From the NCBI RefSeq assembly GCF_051903065.1, contig NZ_CP178438.1: a stretch of DNA of 64,000 nt; one strand, 5' to 3'. The position numbers and the translations under genes are program-made. The notes under the pieces were generated by a model. The model saw only the letters and a list, made by a program, of their open reading frames with translations. It was not told the origin of the DNA and searched no databases. Every line of letters starts with the position of its first letter. The first letter of the stretch is position 1. Origin of the DNA: Escherichia coli. GTDB lineage: Bacteria > Pseudomonadota > Gammaproteobacteria > Enterobacterales > Enterobacteriaceae. Below, piece after piece: positions 62,326 through 64,000 of this stretch.

Positions 62326-63258
62326 TTAATTCTCCCGATGCAGTAAATCCTGATAGATCCCCGTTAATATGCCATTTGGCGCAAATTGTTTTTTAATCCA
62401 CTGCGTCACCTGACCCGTAGCAGAATGCTGAGTCGCCAGTAACATGCGCGAATCCTGGCGCGGATTATGGATTTGTCGGGTAACCAGCAGGGATTGCGTC
62501 ATCGCCTCACGGACCATGTAATCCGGCAAAAAACCAATCCCTTCACCTAAAATCTGGCACTGACATTTGGTGTTGAAATCTGGCACCAGAATTGACTCCT
62601 GCCCGTGCAGCAACCAGCCCACTTTTTTATTAATCGTATGCGCGGTGTCCTCCACCATAATATTAGGGTAGAGACGCAGTTGGCTTTCGGCGATGGGTTC
62701 CGGCACAAAGGCTAACGGGTGATCCGGGGCGATAGCAAAAGCCCAGCGAATCGCGCCAATTTCAGTGTAATCAATACCGCCGCCGTCCAGTAGTGTATCG
62801 GGTGCGCCGATGGCGATATTGGCCTGATTATTAATAATCGCATCCCAGACGCCGTTATACACTTCGGTCGTCACGGTAATCTGGCAGGTAGGAAACTGCT
62901 TTTTCAGCACCTGTAATAAGCGCGCGGTGTGTTTGGGCGTATAAAGCAGCTGATTAATACAAATGCGCACACGCGCTTCTATGCCCTGCGAAATAGTATC
63001 GATACTGCGTTTGATGGCGTGAAAATCATTCAGCAGGTCGGTAGCTTTGCGGAAAAAATAACGCCCGGACTCCGTTAACTCAATGCTGCGGGTACTGCGA
63101 GTGAACAGCACCACATCCAGCCCCGTCTCCATACGCTTAATGGTGTAGCTAATGGCGGAAGTGGTTAAACCCAACTCTTCTGCGGCTTTACTGAAACTGC
63201 CAAAACGCGCAGCGGTAGTAAATGCCAACAGATTCTCTTCGGTAAAAATTGAGTTCAT
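62326..63258 (-). CDS. yahB: LysR-family transcriptional regulator
   Basis: 310 aa, N-terminal HTH FTTAARFGSFSKAAEELGLTTSAISYTIKRME. Confidence 0.85.
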   Translation of the reverse strand: MNSIFTEENLLAFTTAARFGSFSKAAEELGLTTSAISYTIKRMETGLDVVLFTRSTRSIELTESGRYFFRKATDLLNDFHAIKRSIDTISQGIEARVRICINQLLYTPKHTARLLQVLKKQFPTCQITVTTEVYNGVWDAIINNQANIAIGAPDTLLDGGGIDYTEIGAIRWAFAIAPDHPLAFVPEPIAESQLRLYPNIMVEDTAHTINKKVGWLLHGQESILVPDFNTKCQCQILGEGIGFLPDYMVREAMTQSLLVTRQIHNPRQDSRMLLATQHSATGQVTQWIKKQFAPNGILTGIYQDLLHREN

Positions 63259-63349
63259 TAAACCATTCCCGCCATTATCTACTATGAATTTCTCCAGCTA
63301 TGACTGTAGAGGTATCGGTTAAAGATAGATAATCATTTTTGAATAACTT

Positions 63350-63847
63350 TTAATACCCGTCGCGTTTAGTCGTCGCTTCGCTTAATTTTTGTCCACCATA
63401 TTCTGAAATTATCCCCACGCAGTTACCCGCCAGAAAACCCAGTAATGTCACCGTCCAGTTCATCCCGCTGGCAAAAAACAGCGTCATGCCGAGAAAGCCA
63501 CCGGGAATAAATGACAGTAACCAGAAACGCCCTTGCCAGACCACCACCGCCGAGAAGGGTACGGTAGTAATTACGCTCGCCCAGAACGCGGACAGTCCAC
63601 TTACAGAGGCCAGCCAACCAGCAGCCAGCGCGGCGAAAAACGCCCACACCATCCCGGAATAATTAACCGCCAGACTTCTGATAAACCCCGATTTACCGCC
63701 GCCTGCGGCATAAAAACTGCAAAAGGCGACGAAGCCAATGGTTCCTAATAATTCCCATCCCTGAGAGAGCCCGACATGTGAAGACACTAACTGCCAAAGC
63801 CCTGCACAAATACCGACGGTGACACCCGTTGCCGTGAGTCCGTTCAT
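63350..63847 (-). CDS. yahC: inner membrane protein YahC
   Basis: 165 aa hydrophobic protein, gene order after yahB. Confidence 0.75.
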   Translation of the reverse strand: MNGLTATGVTVGICAGLWQLVSSHVGLSQGWELLGTIGFVAFCSFYAAGGGKSGFIRSLAVNYSGMVWAFFAALAAGWLASVSGLSAFWASVITTVPFSAVVVWQGRFWLLSFIPGGFLGMTLFFASGMNWTVTLLGFLAGNCVGIISEYGGQKLSEATTKRDGY

Positions 63848-64000
63848 CTTGTTCCCCTCTGGTTAGACATGGACGAAAGCTACTCTTACATGTGCAGACT
63901 ATAGAGAAATAAAACCTGATTGAGTGAAAGGGTATCGGGTCAAAGAAACAAATATTGCACTACCGCACACTGCGAAAAGATTGTTGAACATCATTCAACA

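Overview
Escherichia coli K-12-like chromosomal segment carrying a ~40 kb mosaic prophage integrated at tRNA-Thr (thrW). Host backbone on the left: lfhA/mbhA remnants, dinB-yafP (no yafNO), ykfJ-prfH remnant, pepD, gpt, frsA, crl, phoE, proBA, thrW. Prophage (12980-~53350): P22-type int/xis, a leftward early operon with YfdP/Q/R-like genes, a lambdoid immunity region (cI/cro with palindromic operators), O-like replication gene with iterons, rusA, KilA-N antirepressor, Q, lysis cassette, HNH plus terminase (large subunit split by a 1-nt frameshift), HK97-type head genes, Mu-like contractile tail and baseplate, and a Gin/Pin-type invertible tail-fibre segment. Cargo worth attention: (1) an AT-rich antisense two-gene operon between Q and the lysis genes encoding an NdpA/YejK-like protein and a membrane protein, my best candidate for an undescribed defence module; (2) a retron with an RT-Toprim fusion protein and an a1/a2-bounded msr-msd region; (3) a GIY-YIG gene flanked by hairpin-containing direct repeats; (4) AT-rich morons in the immunity region and after the lysis cassette. 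The prophage right end abuts an IS1 with no target-site duplication, after which the sequence continues directly into betABI-betT, pdeL, yahB, yahC, so attR and the K-12 thrW-betA interval are missing. All protein assignments rest on motif recognition from the supplied translations, not on database searches.
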